The position numbers and the translations under genes are program-made. A model generated the notes under the pieces. The model did no database searches and was not told the DNA's origin. It saw only the letters and a list, made by a program, of their open reading frames with translations. A stretch of 58,242 nt of DNA from Candidatus Levybacteria bacterium GW2011_GWA1_37_16 (GTDB lineage Bacteria > Patescibacteriota > Microgenomatia > Levybacterales > UBA12049). Location: the NCBI GenBank assembly GCA_943354875.1, contig CALRDJ010000001.1, positions 1 to 58,242 of the forward strand, given 5' to 3'. Positions 17,743 to 27,494 of the stretch are shown here, piece after piece. Position 1 is the first letter of the stretch, and the number at the start of each line of letters is the position of its first letter.

Positions 17743-18809
17743 TAAGTGAATACCCCCTTTAAATCCTCTTTGTTTTCCATAATCCATGCATATACATCTT
17801 TTGTCGTTTCTCTAACAGTTTTTTGAGGCGTCCAACCTGTTTTGGCCTGAATCATGTCATTGTCGGTAATATATATTCGTATATCCCCCCGGCGTGTCTC
17901 TAGCACTTTCCCAATCTCGAGTGTTTTTCCGCTCAATTCACTACAAATTGTCGTTAGTTCTTGAAGCGAGATACTATTTTCCCTACCTCCACCGACGTTG
18001 TATATACCTCCATTAAAAGCATTCATATCTTTTATCTGAAGTGACAATAACGCATAAAAATCGTCGACATGTAAAACATCTCTCACTTGCTTACCGGTAC
18101 CATCGTATCCGATGTATGACAGAGATTTATCATATATATGAGCAGCAACCCAATACGCGATTATTCCTTGATCCATTTTTCCCATTTGCCATGGCCCAGA
18201 CAATAGTCCACATCGATTAATCACTATTTTTATTCCGTAATTCTCTGCATATTCAGGAAGAAGAAACTCTGCAGAAAGCTTCGTAGCACCATAGAGCGAG
18301 CGAACTCCATCGAGTGGAAATTCCTCTGAAATACCTTTCACAGATGAACCGACTACATCCTGATGCGGAGCTAAAGCAAACCGAGTCTCTTCTTCAGTAA
18401 ACGCGAGCTCATTCAATTTCTTAACAGGATATACACGACTGGTGGAGAGAAAAATAACATCAGCCTTCGCTTTTCTGGCCAATTCAAAACAGTTAATAGC
18501 TCCAACTAAGTTAGTTTCGAGCAGATACTCAGGAGAACTGGTTACCCCTGCCATAACTGATGGCTCTGCAGAACACTCTATGATTAAATCAATACCTGAG
18601 ATTTCCAGATCCTTCTTGTTCCGAACGTCTGCTTTCAAGAAAGTGATTCCTGCTTTTTCCAATCGGGGGATATTTAACCCTGATCCTTTTCTTGAAAGAT
18701 TATCCAATACAATAATTTCGACATGAGGAAATTCTTCTTTTAATTTTAGACAAATATTAGATCCCACAAAACCTGCTCCGCCAGTAACCAAGATTTTTTT
18801 GTAGTTCAT
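17742..18809 (-). CDS. Extended SDR NDP-sugar epimerase, CDP-paratose/tyvelose 2-epimerase-like
   Basis: Rossmann motif ILVTGGAGFVGSN. LDNLSRKGSGLNIPRL. Catalytic YGATK. MDQGIIAYWV resembles the DQGWIGWF motif of tyvelose epimerase, recalled from memory. Confidence 0.6.
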   Translation of the reverse strand: MNYKKILVTGGAGFVGSNICLKLKEEFPHVEIIVLDNLSRKGSGLNIPRLEKAGITFLKADVRNKKDLEISGIDLIIECSAEPSVMAGVTSSPEYLLETNLVGAINCFELARKAKADVIFLSTSRVYPVKKLNELAFTEEETRFALAPHQDVVGSSVKGISEEFPLDGVRSLYGATKLSAEFLLPEYAENYGIKIVINRCGLLSGPWQMGKMDQGIIAYWVAAHIYDKSLSYIGYDGTGKQVRDVLHVDDFYALLSLQIKDMNAFNGGIYNVGGGRENSISLQELTTICSELSGKTLEIGKVLETRRGDIRIYITDNDMIQAKTGWTPQKTVRETTKDVYAWIMENKEDLKGVFT

Positions 18810-18811
18810 AA

Positions 18812-19864
18812 TTATTTGAAATGCCCCAGTGAGCAGATTTCCTCTAAAATCTTTTGGTTATCATAGGTATATTCCCATGTAGGATAATGAGATTTAAATT
18901 TAGACACATCAGAAATATACCATATATGATCGCCTATTCTATTCGTATCTACGTATTCCACCTGTGCTTTCTGTTTTAACAGTTTCTCTGCTACCTCAAT
19001 TGCTTCGATAATAGAGGTATTAGAGTGACGCGAACCGCCAATATTGTATACTTCACTACTACGGGGTTTTTGAAAAACATGATAAAAAGCATTCACTAAA
19101 TCATATGAATGTATATTGTCCCGTACCTGCTTACCTTTATATCCGAGGATTGAATATTTTTCTCCTGTCGCTACACATTTAACTAAGTATGCTAAAAAAC
19201 CATGGAGCTTAGCTCCTGAATGTGCAGGACCAGTGAGGCATCCACCTCGAAATACCGTAGTTTTTAAACCAAAGTATTTGCCATACTCCTGGACCATCAC
19301 ATCTGCTGCCACCTTAGAAGCCCCAAAAATACTGTGCTTAGAATTATCGATAGACATATTTTCGTCGATGCCTTTGTGATAATGATGAGTCCTGGGAAGT
19401 TCGAAACGAGTTTCCTCCTCAATGAGAGGTAATTTATTCGGTGTATCTCCATATACTTTATTAGTAGAGGTGAAAATGAAAACTGCTTCCGGACAATGCT
19501 GTCTAAAATTTTCTAAAAGATACAACGTACCGGTCGCGTTAATACTAAAATCTGTAAGCGGTTCTTTCGCAGCCCAATCATGCGATGGCTGTGCAGCAGT
19601 ATGAATAATGAGGTCAAACGCGTGCTCTTTGAATATCTTAGTCAATCCTACTTCGTCTCGAATATCGAGGCTAAAGTGGGTATAATTTTTAAATTGTTCT
19701 TCAAGCTTATTCTTATTCCAGAGCGTACTTGCTTCTTTCCCGAAAAAGTATGACCGCATATCATTATCGATCCCAAAAACGTCAAAATCCTTGTTGCAAA
19801 AGAACTTGACAGCTTCTGATCCGATAAGACCTGCAGATCCAGTAACTAAGACTTTTTTAGTCAT
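18812..19864 (-). CDS. Extended SDR NDP-sugar epimerase/dehydratase
   Basis: [33 protein letters not shown], catalytic FGASK. AGGAAGG lies just upstream of ATG 19864. Confidence 0.7.
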   Translation of the reverse strand: MTKKVLVTGSAGLIGSEAVKFFCNKDFDVFGIDNDMRSYFFGKEASTLWNKNKLEEQFKNYTHFSLDIRDEVGLTKIFKEHAFDLIIHTAAQPSHDWAAKEPLTDFSINATGTLYLLENFRQHCPEAVFIFTSTNKVYGDTPNKLPLIEEETRFELPRTHHYHKGIDENMSIDNSKHSIFGASKVAADVMVQEYGKYFGLKTTVFRGGCLTGPAHSGAKLHGFLAYLVKCVATGEKYSILGYKGKQVRDNIHSYDLVNAFYHVFQKPRSSEVYNIGGSRHSNTSIIEAIEVAEKLLKQKAQVEYVDTNRIGDHIWYISDVSKFKSHYPTWEYTYDNQKILEEICSLGHFK

Positions 19865-19903
19865 ACCTTCCTACTTTTCATTTCTTTCCTCAGAATGTAA
19901 AAT

Positions 19904-19912
19904 ATTATAACA
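19904..19912 (-). promoter_or_regulatory. Extended -10 promoter candidate for the minus-strand operon starting at 19864
   Basis: The minus strand reads TGTTATAAT (TGnTATAAT consensus). Lies 39 nt upstream of ATG 19864, which is preceded by AGGAAGG. Confidence 0.4.
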
Positions 19913-19919
19913 TATATTT

Positions 19920-21137
19920 ATGGTCAAATCCGTACTCATAGGAACATTTTCTGTTTGGAAAAATGAAAAAAGAACTGCTATAAATGGCATGATTGAGCCA
20001 TTGCTCTCATACTTTGCAAAAATTAAAAGTGAAGTTAATCTTATAGATGGCCCCCCTCCCGGGAGTGATTCTGTCACTACGAAGTTTGAGCAATACGAAG
20101 GCGAAAAGATTCAAAGCAAACAGACCTCATGGATAAGCTTATTCATGTATCCACTTCTTAATACTACTAATAACAATGAAACCAAGTTGTCTTTCAAACT
20201 TCGTGACTTTTTATCTGTTTTTGAATATCTTGCACGAAATCCTCAGCGTTACGACCTTTTTATCGGTCTAGAATCTGTATTCACTATTGCGGGTATTCTT
20301 CTCAAGAGACTTGGACTGGCTAGAAACGTCGTCTATTACGTTTCTGATTACTCTCCCAATAGATATAACCAAAGATTTTTAAACAATATATATCTAACTC
20401 TTGATAGATTCTGTTGTTATAACGCAGATTACATTTGGGATGTGTCTCCTGCTATGCATCCCGCCAGAATTAAAGCTGGGTTAGATGAAAAAAAATCAAA
20501 AAATCCAATCCTCGTGCCAAACGCGTTGTTTCCCGAACAGATATGTCCGCTAAAAAATGAAGACGACATAGAACCATTTTCTCTCGTTTTTGCAGGGACA
20601 TTTGGTCCGGAAAATGGATTACCAATTATCATCCAAGCAATGCCCTCTATAATCGATAAGCTTCCCAAAACCAAACTTCATGTGTTTGGCGGCGGCCATA
20701 CACCACAACAAGATCTGGAACAGTTAGCCGAGAAACTTAATGTGGGCAAGCATGTCATCTTTCATGGTTTCATCTCGGATGCGAGAGAACTCTCAGGCAA
20801 GATTAACCGCTACATGGTTGGCGTGGCTCCCTACGCTGGAATACCTGACTCAGCCAGATGGTATGCTGACGCGACAAAACTTCGTCTCTATATGGGGGCA
20901 GGATTACCCATTATTACAACTCACGTACCACCATTGGGAAAGGAAATTGAAAAATATGGAGCGGGAGTCGTAAGTAATGATTCACCAGAGGCGTTTTCAG
21001 AGGCGATACTAAAAATCTTTTCAGATAAAAATACACACAGACATCTACGAGAAAAGACTATCTCGTACGCGAAGCCTAATACCTGGGAGAATTCTTATGC
21101 AAATGCATTTAAGCAAATGGGAACCTCGAATGACTAA
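19920..21137 (+). CDS. Divergent GT4-like (GT-B) glycosyltransferase
   Basis: The donor-domain segment VAPYAGIPDSARWYADATKLRLYMGAGLPIITT matches the SPxKxxEYxAxGxP pattern, but the Glu is replaced by Leu. Paralog of 49868..51046. Confidence 0.65.
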   Translation: MVKSVLIGTFSVWKNEKRTAINGMIEPLLSYFAKIKSEVNLIDGPPPGSDSVTTKFEQYEGEKIQSKQTSWISLFMYPLLNTTNNNETKLSFKLRDFLSVFEYLARNPQRYDLFIGLESVFTIAGILLKRLGLARNVVYYVSDYSPNRYNQRFLNNIYLTLDRFCCYNADYIWDVSPAMHPARIKAGLDEKKSKNPILVPNALFPEQICPLKNEDDIEPFSLVFAGTFGPENGLPIIIQAMPSIIDKLPKTKLHVFGGGHTPQQDLEQLAEKLNVGKHVIFHGFISDARELSGKINRYMVGVAPYAGIPDSARWYADATKLRLYMGAGLPIITTHVPPLGKEIEKYGAGVVSNDSPEAFSEAILKIFSDKNTHRHLREKTISYAKPNTWENSYANAFKQMGTSND

Positions 21138-24007
21138 TTAAATGGAGCTGTAGGTTTTCTGATAAAACCTAGTTTATCAATTTCCTCAAAGGACAAAGAC
21201 CGAATGGATACATTACTTACCCTTACTGAAACCGGCAATTGAAACTCATGAATTTTAATTTTCTCAAGTGTTGTAGCTTGCGCTGGTATATAAATCAGAT
21301 ACGTATGTGGTTGCCCATCAGTCACAATGTCCATCCTTCTTGAATTAATCTCACTATAGTTTTCACGCCCATCTGTAAGCCAAGAAACTCGAACCTGCAT
21401 ATTTCCATTCAATGCATTCACGATTTTTTCATATTCACCCTTGCTTCCCACTGAACAAAGAAGTGGTTTATTTACCAATTGCTGAGGGTATTGAGATAGC
21501 TTCTTCTCGCTCTTCAAAGAACTAGCCCACATCTCAGAAATAGCAGGAGCTATGTTAGAAGAAGTATTTTTTATAACCATTTTTATATACCTGGCACTCT
21601 GATCACCTAACTCGTCAATTACATACTCTCCCTCTATGCGGGCACTGCCATTCTTAACCTCTTTAACAGTGCTCCAATACTTATTGTCTACTGAAACTAA
21701 AATATCATACTCAGTTGGAGCACTTCTCGGTAAGTAATTCACCCAAATAAGTTTGTTTATCTCCTGAGCTCTTCCCAAATCGAGTACGATCTCTTCTTTT
21801 TTTTCATTCGCCCATGCGATAACAAAACCAGTCCAGTTGGTTTCAAAAAGGCCGTCAATAAGGAAGTCGCGCTCGCTATACCTTGCCTCAGTCGCTGTGC
21901 TCACTTTAGCTGTTTTTATAAACTCTTTATGCTCTTTATCTAATTTCAATAGATACTCTGTTTGACTACAAGGCAGCTGGGAAATAAGAGTGGCGTTGAG
22001 TCCAAGATCTACCAGATCCTCTGCGCGTATTTCGTCAGGAACCTGATCAGAAACATCAGAGTAAGGGAACTTTTTGTCAGAAAGATCTATGGGACTCGCT
22101 GAAACAGTTATAGATATTAGAGATGGCACTACGCTTGTATGCTTTATATCTGCTTCAAGCTGCGGGTTAACACCAACTGTGTCATTACTCCTCGGAGAGA
22201 TGAAAGCACTTGTCGCAAACTCATTAGTACTTCGAGTAAATACCGTATTACTATACCATTTGGAAATATCTATAAAAATTTCTTTTGATGGATTTTTCAG
22301 TAATTTGTGAATCTCACTTGAGGTATTAATCACATCCCACTGAGAGATATAGAGACTGAGCAAGTCATCTATTTTCATTTGATTGTTTTTAACCGAATAT
22401 AAATAATCTTCAAAGGAACGAGTATTCAATACTCTATTGCCTTGTTTGTAAAACAATGCCATCGCAGTTGGAGGAAACGTACTATTCATCTGATATTTTA
22501 AATTAGGATCATTTTCAAAGTCGAGAAATAATACTGATTGAGAATTTATCGAACCCATAGGCACGACTTTTTTTATCATTTCATGGATTCTTCTGGCCGG
22601 GTTGCTTACATTAGCTATTACATAGCTAGCAGCAAGGTTCATAAGTAAAATAAGATATGCAGCGTATCCAATAACTAAAATAGGAAAAAGATTGTATTTT
22701 CTAAACCGTACTAATGAAAAAACGACCCCTAATACGAGAGCCGTTCCAACAGTTGAGGGCGTAAGATATCTATCAGTAGTAATAAGATAACTATAGGTAG
22801 GTATGCCGACAAAATAACCAATATAGTGCCCAAAGATCAATACGATACCAAATAATATAAGTCGAGATAATAGAGATTTATTTTTCCAAAGAAGTAAGCT
22901 GAGAAATAAAAGTGACAAAAGTAATGTCATACCCAAAAGAGATGTAAAGCTCGCAGATGGTTCTAAATTGGATAGTATGGGTTGAGCAAATGCCCACCTA
23001 TTAAAAATAAAATAAAGCACCTCTCCTATGACCGTTATCGCTCCAGCAAATACGAATTTTCTTTTTATGGAGAAATACGATACAGATATCGTGAACAAAA
23101 TGACTAATAGAATCTCAGGTACAATAGAAACCTCTTTAAAGGGAGAAAATACAAACTTTGTAATCGTGTCTGGAATAATGACATTGCTAAAACTAGCAAA
23201 AGGGTTGATAAAATAGGCAAATATTTTATCTCGCGCCATAGAATGAAAAAATGCGCCAACCGTTGTTTCATTTCCGGAAGCCAACGTAGAACTATATAAC
23301 TGTCTATAGATTAATACATACGGAACTAGCTTAAGACAATTAAGAATAATTTTCTTTGGAGACAACGACCACTTAGCAAATAATGCCGTCAATCCAAAAA
23401 CGAGAAATATTATTCCGTGAGCACGCAGATTTTCTATTTCTACAGACGCATAAAAAAGTGCGATACTGATGAGGTAATCTGTAAGCTTTCCAGTTCTATA
23501 GTACCTGGCAAGCATCCATAGCGTCAGCGTCGTAAAAATCACAGCACCCAAATTCTGAAAAGAATTAGAAAGATGAAATATAGTATACGAACCGATATAA
23601 CCTAGAGACGCGTAAATAATGGCTGAAGCAAAAGCTAAAACTTTTTTTTGTGTAACTTCCAGAAATAACAAAAATGCACTAATAGTGGCAGCAAAATAGA
23701 CGAGAATACTTACCGCAAAGTATGGCCCAGCCTGGAGACCAAAAACAGGATACATCGGCATGAATGGTGTATGAAGATATCGATATGGCCCACTTCCGAA
23801 CCATCCAGGATCCATACCCCAAAGTGCAAGCTCTGGATGAATAACTTTTAAGAATAAATCCCAGTCATCTGTCCAGAAATAAAGAAACGGTATTTGCCAA
23901 AATGCCAATATAACCGTCGCAAAAAGAAGCAAAATACTAGATACTGGATAGTGCTCGTTAAACAATTTTACAGATTTATTTCTCAGTATAATTAATTTTT
24001 TAATCAT
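21134..24007 (-). CDS. Large polytopic GT-C-like membrane protein with C-terminal F5/8 type C (discoidin, CBM32-like) domain
   Basis: 957 aa. First-loop motif FLYFWTDDWDLF...GPYRY. The N-terminal half is hydrophobic. Discoidin signature NWTGFVIAWANEKKEEIVLDLGRAQEINKLIWVNY...YDILVSVDNKYWSTV...ARYIKMVIKNT. Confidence 0.65.
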   Translation of the reverse strand: MIKKLIILRNKSVKLFNEHYPVSSILLLFATVILAFWQIPFLYFWTDDWDLFLKVIHPELALWGMDPGWFGSGPYRYLHTPFMPMYPVFGLQAGPYFAVSILVYFAATISAFLLFLEVTQKKVLAFASAIIYASLGYIGSYTIFHLSNSFQNLGAVIFTTLTLWMLARYYRTGKLTDYLISIALFYASVEIENLRAHGIIFLVFGLTALFAKWSLSPKKIILNCLKLVPYVLIYRQLYSSTLASGNETTVGAFFHSMARDKIFAYFINPFASFSNVIIPDTITKFVFSPFKEVSIVPEILLVILFTISVSYFSIKRKFVFAGAITVIGEVLYFIFNRWAFAQPILSNLEPSASFTSLLGMTLLLSLLFLSLLLWKNKSLLSRLILFGIVLIFGHYIGYFVGIPTYSYLITTDRYLTPSTVGTALVLGVVFSLVRFRKYNLFPILVIGYAAYLILLMNLAASYVIANVSNPARRIHEMIKKVVPMGSINSQSVLFLDFENDPNLKYQMNSTFPPTAMALFYKQGNRVLNTRSFEDYLYSVKNNQMKIDDLLSLYISQWDVINTSSEIHKLLKNPSKEIFIDISKWYSNTVFTRSTNEFATSAFISPRSNDTVGVNPQLEADIKHTSVVPSLISITVSASPIDLSDKKFPYSDVSDQVPDEIRAEDLVDLGLNATLISQLPCSQTEYLLKLDKEHKEFIKTAKVSTATEARYSERDFLIDGLFETNWTGFVIAWANEKKEEIVLDLGRAQEINKLIWVNYLPRSAPTEYDILVSVDNKYWSTVKEVKNGSARIEGEYVIDELGDQSARYIKMVIKNTSSNIAPAISEMWASSLKSEKKLSQYPQQLVNKPLLCSVGSKGEYEKIVNALNGNMQVRVSWLTDGRENYSEINSRRMDIVTDGQPHTYLIYIPAQATTLEKIKIHEFQLPVSVRVSNVSIRSLSFEEIDKLGFIRKPTAPFN

Positions 24008-24030
24008 GCAAAAATATTTTTACAGATGTT

Positions 24031-24039
24031 AGTATAACA
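24031..24039 (-). promoter_or_regulatory. Extended -10-like internal promoter candidate upstream of gene 21134..24007
   Basis: The minus strand reads TGTTATACT. Lies in the 35-nt gap, 23 nt upstream of ATG 24007. Confidence 0.3.
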
Positions 24040-24042
24040 CGT

Positions 24043-24807
24043 CTAAAAATTCTTTCCAACATAGTTTTTATATCCGAGTCTTAACAATTTTCTAACCGTA
24101 TTCTCAACCGCCCATATGTAAATATGTGAATATTTGGGTGCTCTCTCTATTATCTTAAATTTTGACTGACCTAAAGTTCGACCTATCCAGGTAGTAGGAA
24201 TGTCAGTAATTTTCGCATTATGAAAATATGCTTGAAGTGTGATCGCCATAGAAACCTCTACCCCACTCTTCTCATGAATAACAATGTCTCTTAAGATTTT
24301 TTTCCTATATAGCTTGAATGCATTACTTACATCATGAGTAGGAACGCGCGTTAGGTAGTGAAGCGACATGCAAATGATCCATGAACAAGCTGACTGAAAA
24401 AATGGACCGCCTTTCTTCCCTCCACCCCTTACATATCGCGACCCACACACGATATCCCACCCTTCCTGAGTTTTTTCATATAGTCTGTCTATATCCCCTG
24501 GTGCATCACACAAGTCCGCCATCACAGGAAGTACGAAATCAGCTTTTGCATTTTCAAAACCAAGAGCTAGAGCGGTAGCAAAAGTCGGCTTGGGATGGTT
24601 TGTCCTCGTCACCAACTTTACATGTGAATTTCCTTTTTGACTTAAATATTTTTTTACAACCCCAGATGTTTTATCACTCGAATTAGAATCATTCACGACT
24701 ATAATCTCGTGAGGTGTTTTTACTTTTTTTTTCAAAGCATCCAAAGTCGAGATAATAGCCTCTTCTTCTCTTCTGGCGGGAATAACGATAGTAAAAAGTG
24801 GTTTCAT
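24043..24807 (-). CDS. Dpm1-like GT2 polyprenol-phosphate glycosyltransferase (soluble form)
   Basis: FTIVIPARREEE...IIVVNDSNSSDKT, MADLCDAPGDI, CGSRYVRGG, SNAFKLYRKKIL. This matches the dolichol-phosphate mannose synthase pattern. Confidence 0.7.
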   Translation of the reverse strand: MKPLFTIVIPARREEEAIISTLDALKKKVKTPHEIIVVNDSNSSDKTSGVVKKYLSQKGNSHVKLVTRTNHPKPTFATALALGFENAKADFVLPVMADLCDAPGDIDRLYEKTQEGWDIVCGSRYVRGGGKKGGPFFQSACSWIICMSLHYLTRVPTHDVSNAFKLYRKKILRDIVIHEKSGVEVSMAITLQAYFHNAKITDIPTTWIGRTLGQSKFKIIERAPKYSHIYIWAVENTVRKLLRLGYKNYVGKNF

Positions 24808-24808
24808 A

Positions 24809-26884
24809 TTATTTTTTAAACACTACAAACTTACCATAGGGAGACTTTGGCACACAACTAGTATCCTCAGATGATACCAATACCACATATCGCGCAAAAA
24901 GATTCGGGACTGGAGCAGTCAGTATTCCATCCTTCGGTTGCTCACCCAAATCCTTACTTAAAGACCCTGGATATGTCTCAGGAAGAACTTCCCAATTATC
25001 ATTATCTTCAGATATTTGAAAATTTGAAGGAACCATAGATGAACAGGATTTAGGAAGTTCAAAATTAATAGTTATCAACTCCAACTGATATATTTGTCCC
25101 AAATCCCATCTCAACTCATTCCCGCTACTTATGCTATCCACTATAATTTCTTTTTTTACCACTCCCTGCACATCTACTCTTTTGTTTTCTTTATCATTTT
25201 TAAAAATCTTGATCAGAGGTACTCCGTCCACTACATACTGATATACCGGTGTTAATGTATTCTGCAAGTATCTGACTCTATAGGTGTGATCCAGACCTGT
25301 ATCGTGGGTTAGAGCTATTACATACTCTCCTTTTTGGAGATACCCACTGTACTGATTGTCAGCGAGTAAATCTGTACGAAGCTCCGGCAGGTAAAAATCA
25401 GCTGGTTCGCTAAAGGCAGTAGCGACGTGGCTATTTTTTTCCGCATGCTCATTAAGCCATACCGTAGCCTTTCTATAGATTCCACCATCATTATATCCCC
25501 ATCCCGGAATACCAGCCTTTTTAGCGCCACTCAGGCCACCAATGAATGAATTAAAGTATACATTCTCTGCAGGATGCAGCTTAACTAACGTTATAATGAG
25601 GGGTATGAAACCAGCGAGTAGTAACAATACAATTACTGCTTGTGTTTTTTTAGAAAATTTATTTATTAACACATATACCCCGTAGCCTGTTAGCATCGAT
25701 AAGGCAGGAATATATTCCATAATATGCCTGACTCCGCCAAATATCGAAGTAAATGGCAATGATGCGCGTAAAATAGGAATAAACATCCATAACAACAGGA
25801 GCAATAATATTGTGTTTTTTTTCAAATTCCGAAACGCAGCCACAATACCAATTACACCTAATATCTCCACCAAAGGGTAGGTTGAATAAAAGATCCACGT
25901 AATAGCATACGTGCCAAAATTGAAAACCGTTCTGTAATCGGGAGTATAATCAGGAGCAATACCAACTGTATAATAAATTCCTCCTACCATAAGCAATTTC
26001 CTAATAGGATCCTGCCATAACTGAGGCCATGAAAAAAAGAAAAGTGAAAATGCGATAAGAGCATATGGCAAAAGTATCCATAATGAACGCAAATACCATC
26101 TTCTTTTAGCAATAGGGTGCGTTATAAAAATATATACTGCCCATGGCAGTATGATGAATGGAAGAAATACGATATTGAATTTAGTACCCAAGGCTAATCC
26201 TGCGAAAATAGATGAATAAAGTATTTTCTTTTTCGATTGTTCCACGATGCCGTAATAAAATTGCCAAATCGTTAAGGTAAAGTACACTGCCTCGGGAACA
26301 TCTTTCAAATTAAAATGACTCTCTGCCCAAAAAAGAGGAGTCAATGCAAGCGTAATGGTTGCAATGACCGCTGGAAAAAATCCAAACAATTTATTTGTCC
26401 AGTAAAAAATAACACCTACGAGTATCGAAGCAAGCAGGAGAGTATATATTCTGTACGCGTAGTCATCTCTTAACCACCCTAATTTCTCATAAAAAATTAT
26501 ATTAGAAAATGTGGCAAGTATATCACTCAGAACCGGATGCTCTATCTGGTCACTCCTCATCAACCAATTAAACGTATGAACGTCATCTTGATAAATGCTT
26601 CTTCTATAATTTGGGTCCTGTGAGACTCTTGCAGAAATATCTGGATCAGTATAATAGTGACTTACATAATCTCTATAATATCGCTCATACTCCTTTGTTA
26701 TCGGCAAGTCTTTATAATCTGCTTTCCCATATAAAAAATTACTTGCAAATGCTTGCCCCTTAAAGTAGTGATTTCTTGCATCCCAAAATATATTGTAATC
26801 ATGCATGGTTGCATAGAGAGCGATAAAAAATACTATAGCAATAATTCCAGCTATATACTTGCTGTTAATCTTAGGAATCATCAT
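24809..26884 (-). CDS. GT39/PMT_2-like GT-C membrane glycosyltransferase with C-terminal discoidin-like domain
   Basis: 691 aa with many TM segments. C-terminal segment ELRWDLGQIYQLELITINF...FQISEDNDNWEVL...ARYVVLV. 1-nt gap to the downstream Dpm1-like gene. Confidence 0.65.
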   Translation of the reverse strand: MMIPKINSKYIAGIIAIVFFIALYATMHDYNIFWDARNHYFKGQAFASNFLYGKADYKDLPITKEYERYYRDYVSHYYTDPDISARVSQDPNYRRSIYQDDVHTFNWLMRSDQIEHPVLSDILATFSNIIFYEKLGWLRDDYAYRIYTLLLASILVGVIFYWTNKLFGFFPAVIATITLALTPLFWAESHFNLKDVPEAVYFTLTIWQFYYGIVEQSKKKILYSSIFAGLALGTKFNIVFLPFIILPWAVYIFITHPIAKRRWYLRSLWILLPYALIAFSLFFFSWPQLWQDPIRKLLMVGGIYYTVGIAPDYTPDYRTVFNFGTYAITWIFYSTYPLVEILGVIGIVAAFRNLKKNTILLLLLLWMFIPILRASLPFTSIFGGVRHIMEYIPALSMLTGYGVYVLINKFSKKTQAVIVLLLLAGFIPLIITLVKLHPAENVYFNSFIGGLSGAKKAGIPGWGYNDGGIYRKATVWLNEHAEKNSHVATAFSEPADFYLPELRTDLLADNQYSGYLQKGEYVIALTHDTGLDHTYRVRYLQNTLTPVYQYVVDGVPLIKIFKNDKENKRVDVQGVVKKEIIVDSISSGNELRWDLGQIYQLELITINFELPKSCSSMVPSNFQISEDNDNWEVLPETYPGSLSKDLGEQPKDGILTAPVPNLFARYVVLVSSEDTSCVPKSPYGKFVVFKK

Positions 26885-26885
26885 A

Positions 26886-27494
26886 TTACTTAAATTTTTT
26901 AGTCAAAATAAATGTAGGCGACAGTAACCAGATAAGACTTTTTATCTTAAAAAAGAAGAATGCATATGGAAAATATCCAGAAACATCATATCCTTTTGCA
27001 ATTCTTGCTAATCCCTCATAATCGAAAAACTGCTTATGATCTATATTTTGTAACTTTTTAGGAGTCCAACCCCATATACCCACAACGGGATATAGCCACC
27101 ATGCTGAATTAGGCGTAGTGAGTATTGCCACTCCTCCCGATTTCCCAATTCTATCTATCTCTCGTATTAGCAGACTAGGATTATGAAGGTGCTCTAATAC
27201 CTCCGTACACCAAACTAAGTCGACAGAATTTTTTTCAAATGGCAACCCTTTTTCAACATCGTGAACTAATGCGTCCTTATAATGTGGCTCTATATCAAGA
27301 GACCTAACGATATATCCTTTTTTCTTCAACATATCTGACCAAAACCCATCCCTACAACCTATGTCTAAAGCAGTCTTCCCTTTTCCCGAAGGAATAAAAG
27401 AAAATGCAATTCTTTTTCCTGCGCTAATATGTTTTTTTTCAGCTTGACCAATATCAATGGGGAGTTTTAAGAGGTGGGATACCAATTTATTCAT
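26886..27494 (-). CDS. Class I SAM-dependent methyltransferase with hydrophobic C-terminus
   Basis: Motif I ALDIGCRDGF, then DLVWCTEVLEHLHNP. C-terminal segment FFFFKIKSLIWLLSPTFIL. ATG 27494 is preferred (8-nt overlap with the upstream stop); ATG 27521 is the alternative. Confidence 0.8.
   Translation of the reverse strand: MNKLVSHLLKLPIDIGQAEKKHISAGKRIAFSFIPSGKGKTALDIGCRDGFWSDMLKKKGYIVRSLDIEPHYKDALVHDVEKGLPFEKNSVDLVWCTEVLEHLHNPSLLIREIDRIGKSGGVAILTTPNSAWWLYPVVGIWGWTPKKLQNIDHKQFFDYEGLARIAKGYDVSGYFPYAFFFFKIKSLIWLLSPTFILTKKFK

Noticed and set aside
17743..17787. Longer N-terminal extensions offered by the ORF track: 17743..17787, 10919..10972, 1138..1188, 11761..11820, 40801..40821 and 49876..49947.
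   Set aside because: The extensions overlap the upstream gene by 20-80 nt and add residues absent from paralog N-termini. Downstream ATGs show canonical ATGA or TAATG coupling or an SD sequence, so the shorter starts were preferred.
19927..19932. TTGACC on the minus strand as the -35 element for the operon starting at 19864.
   Set aside because: Only 12 nt separate it from the TATAAT box, which is too short for a sigma-70-type promoter.
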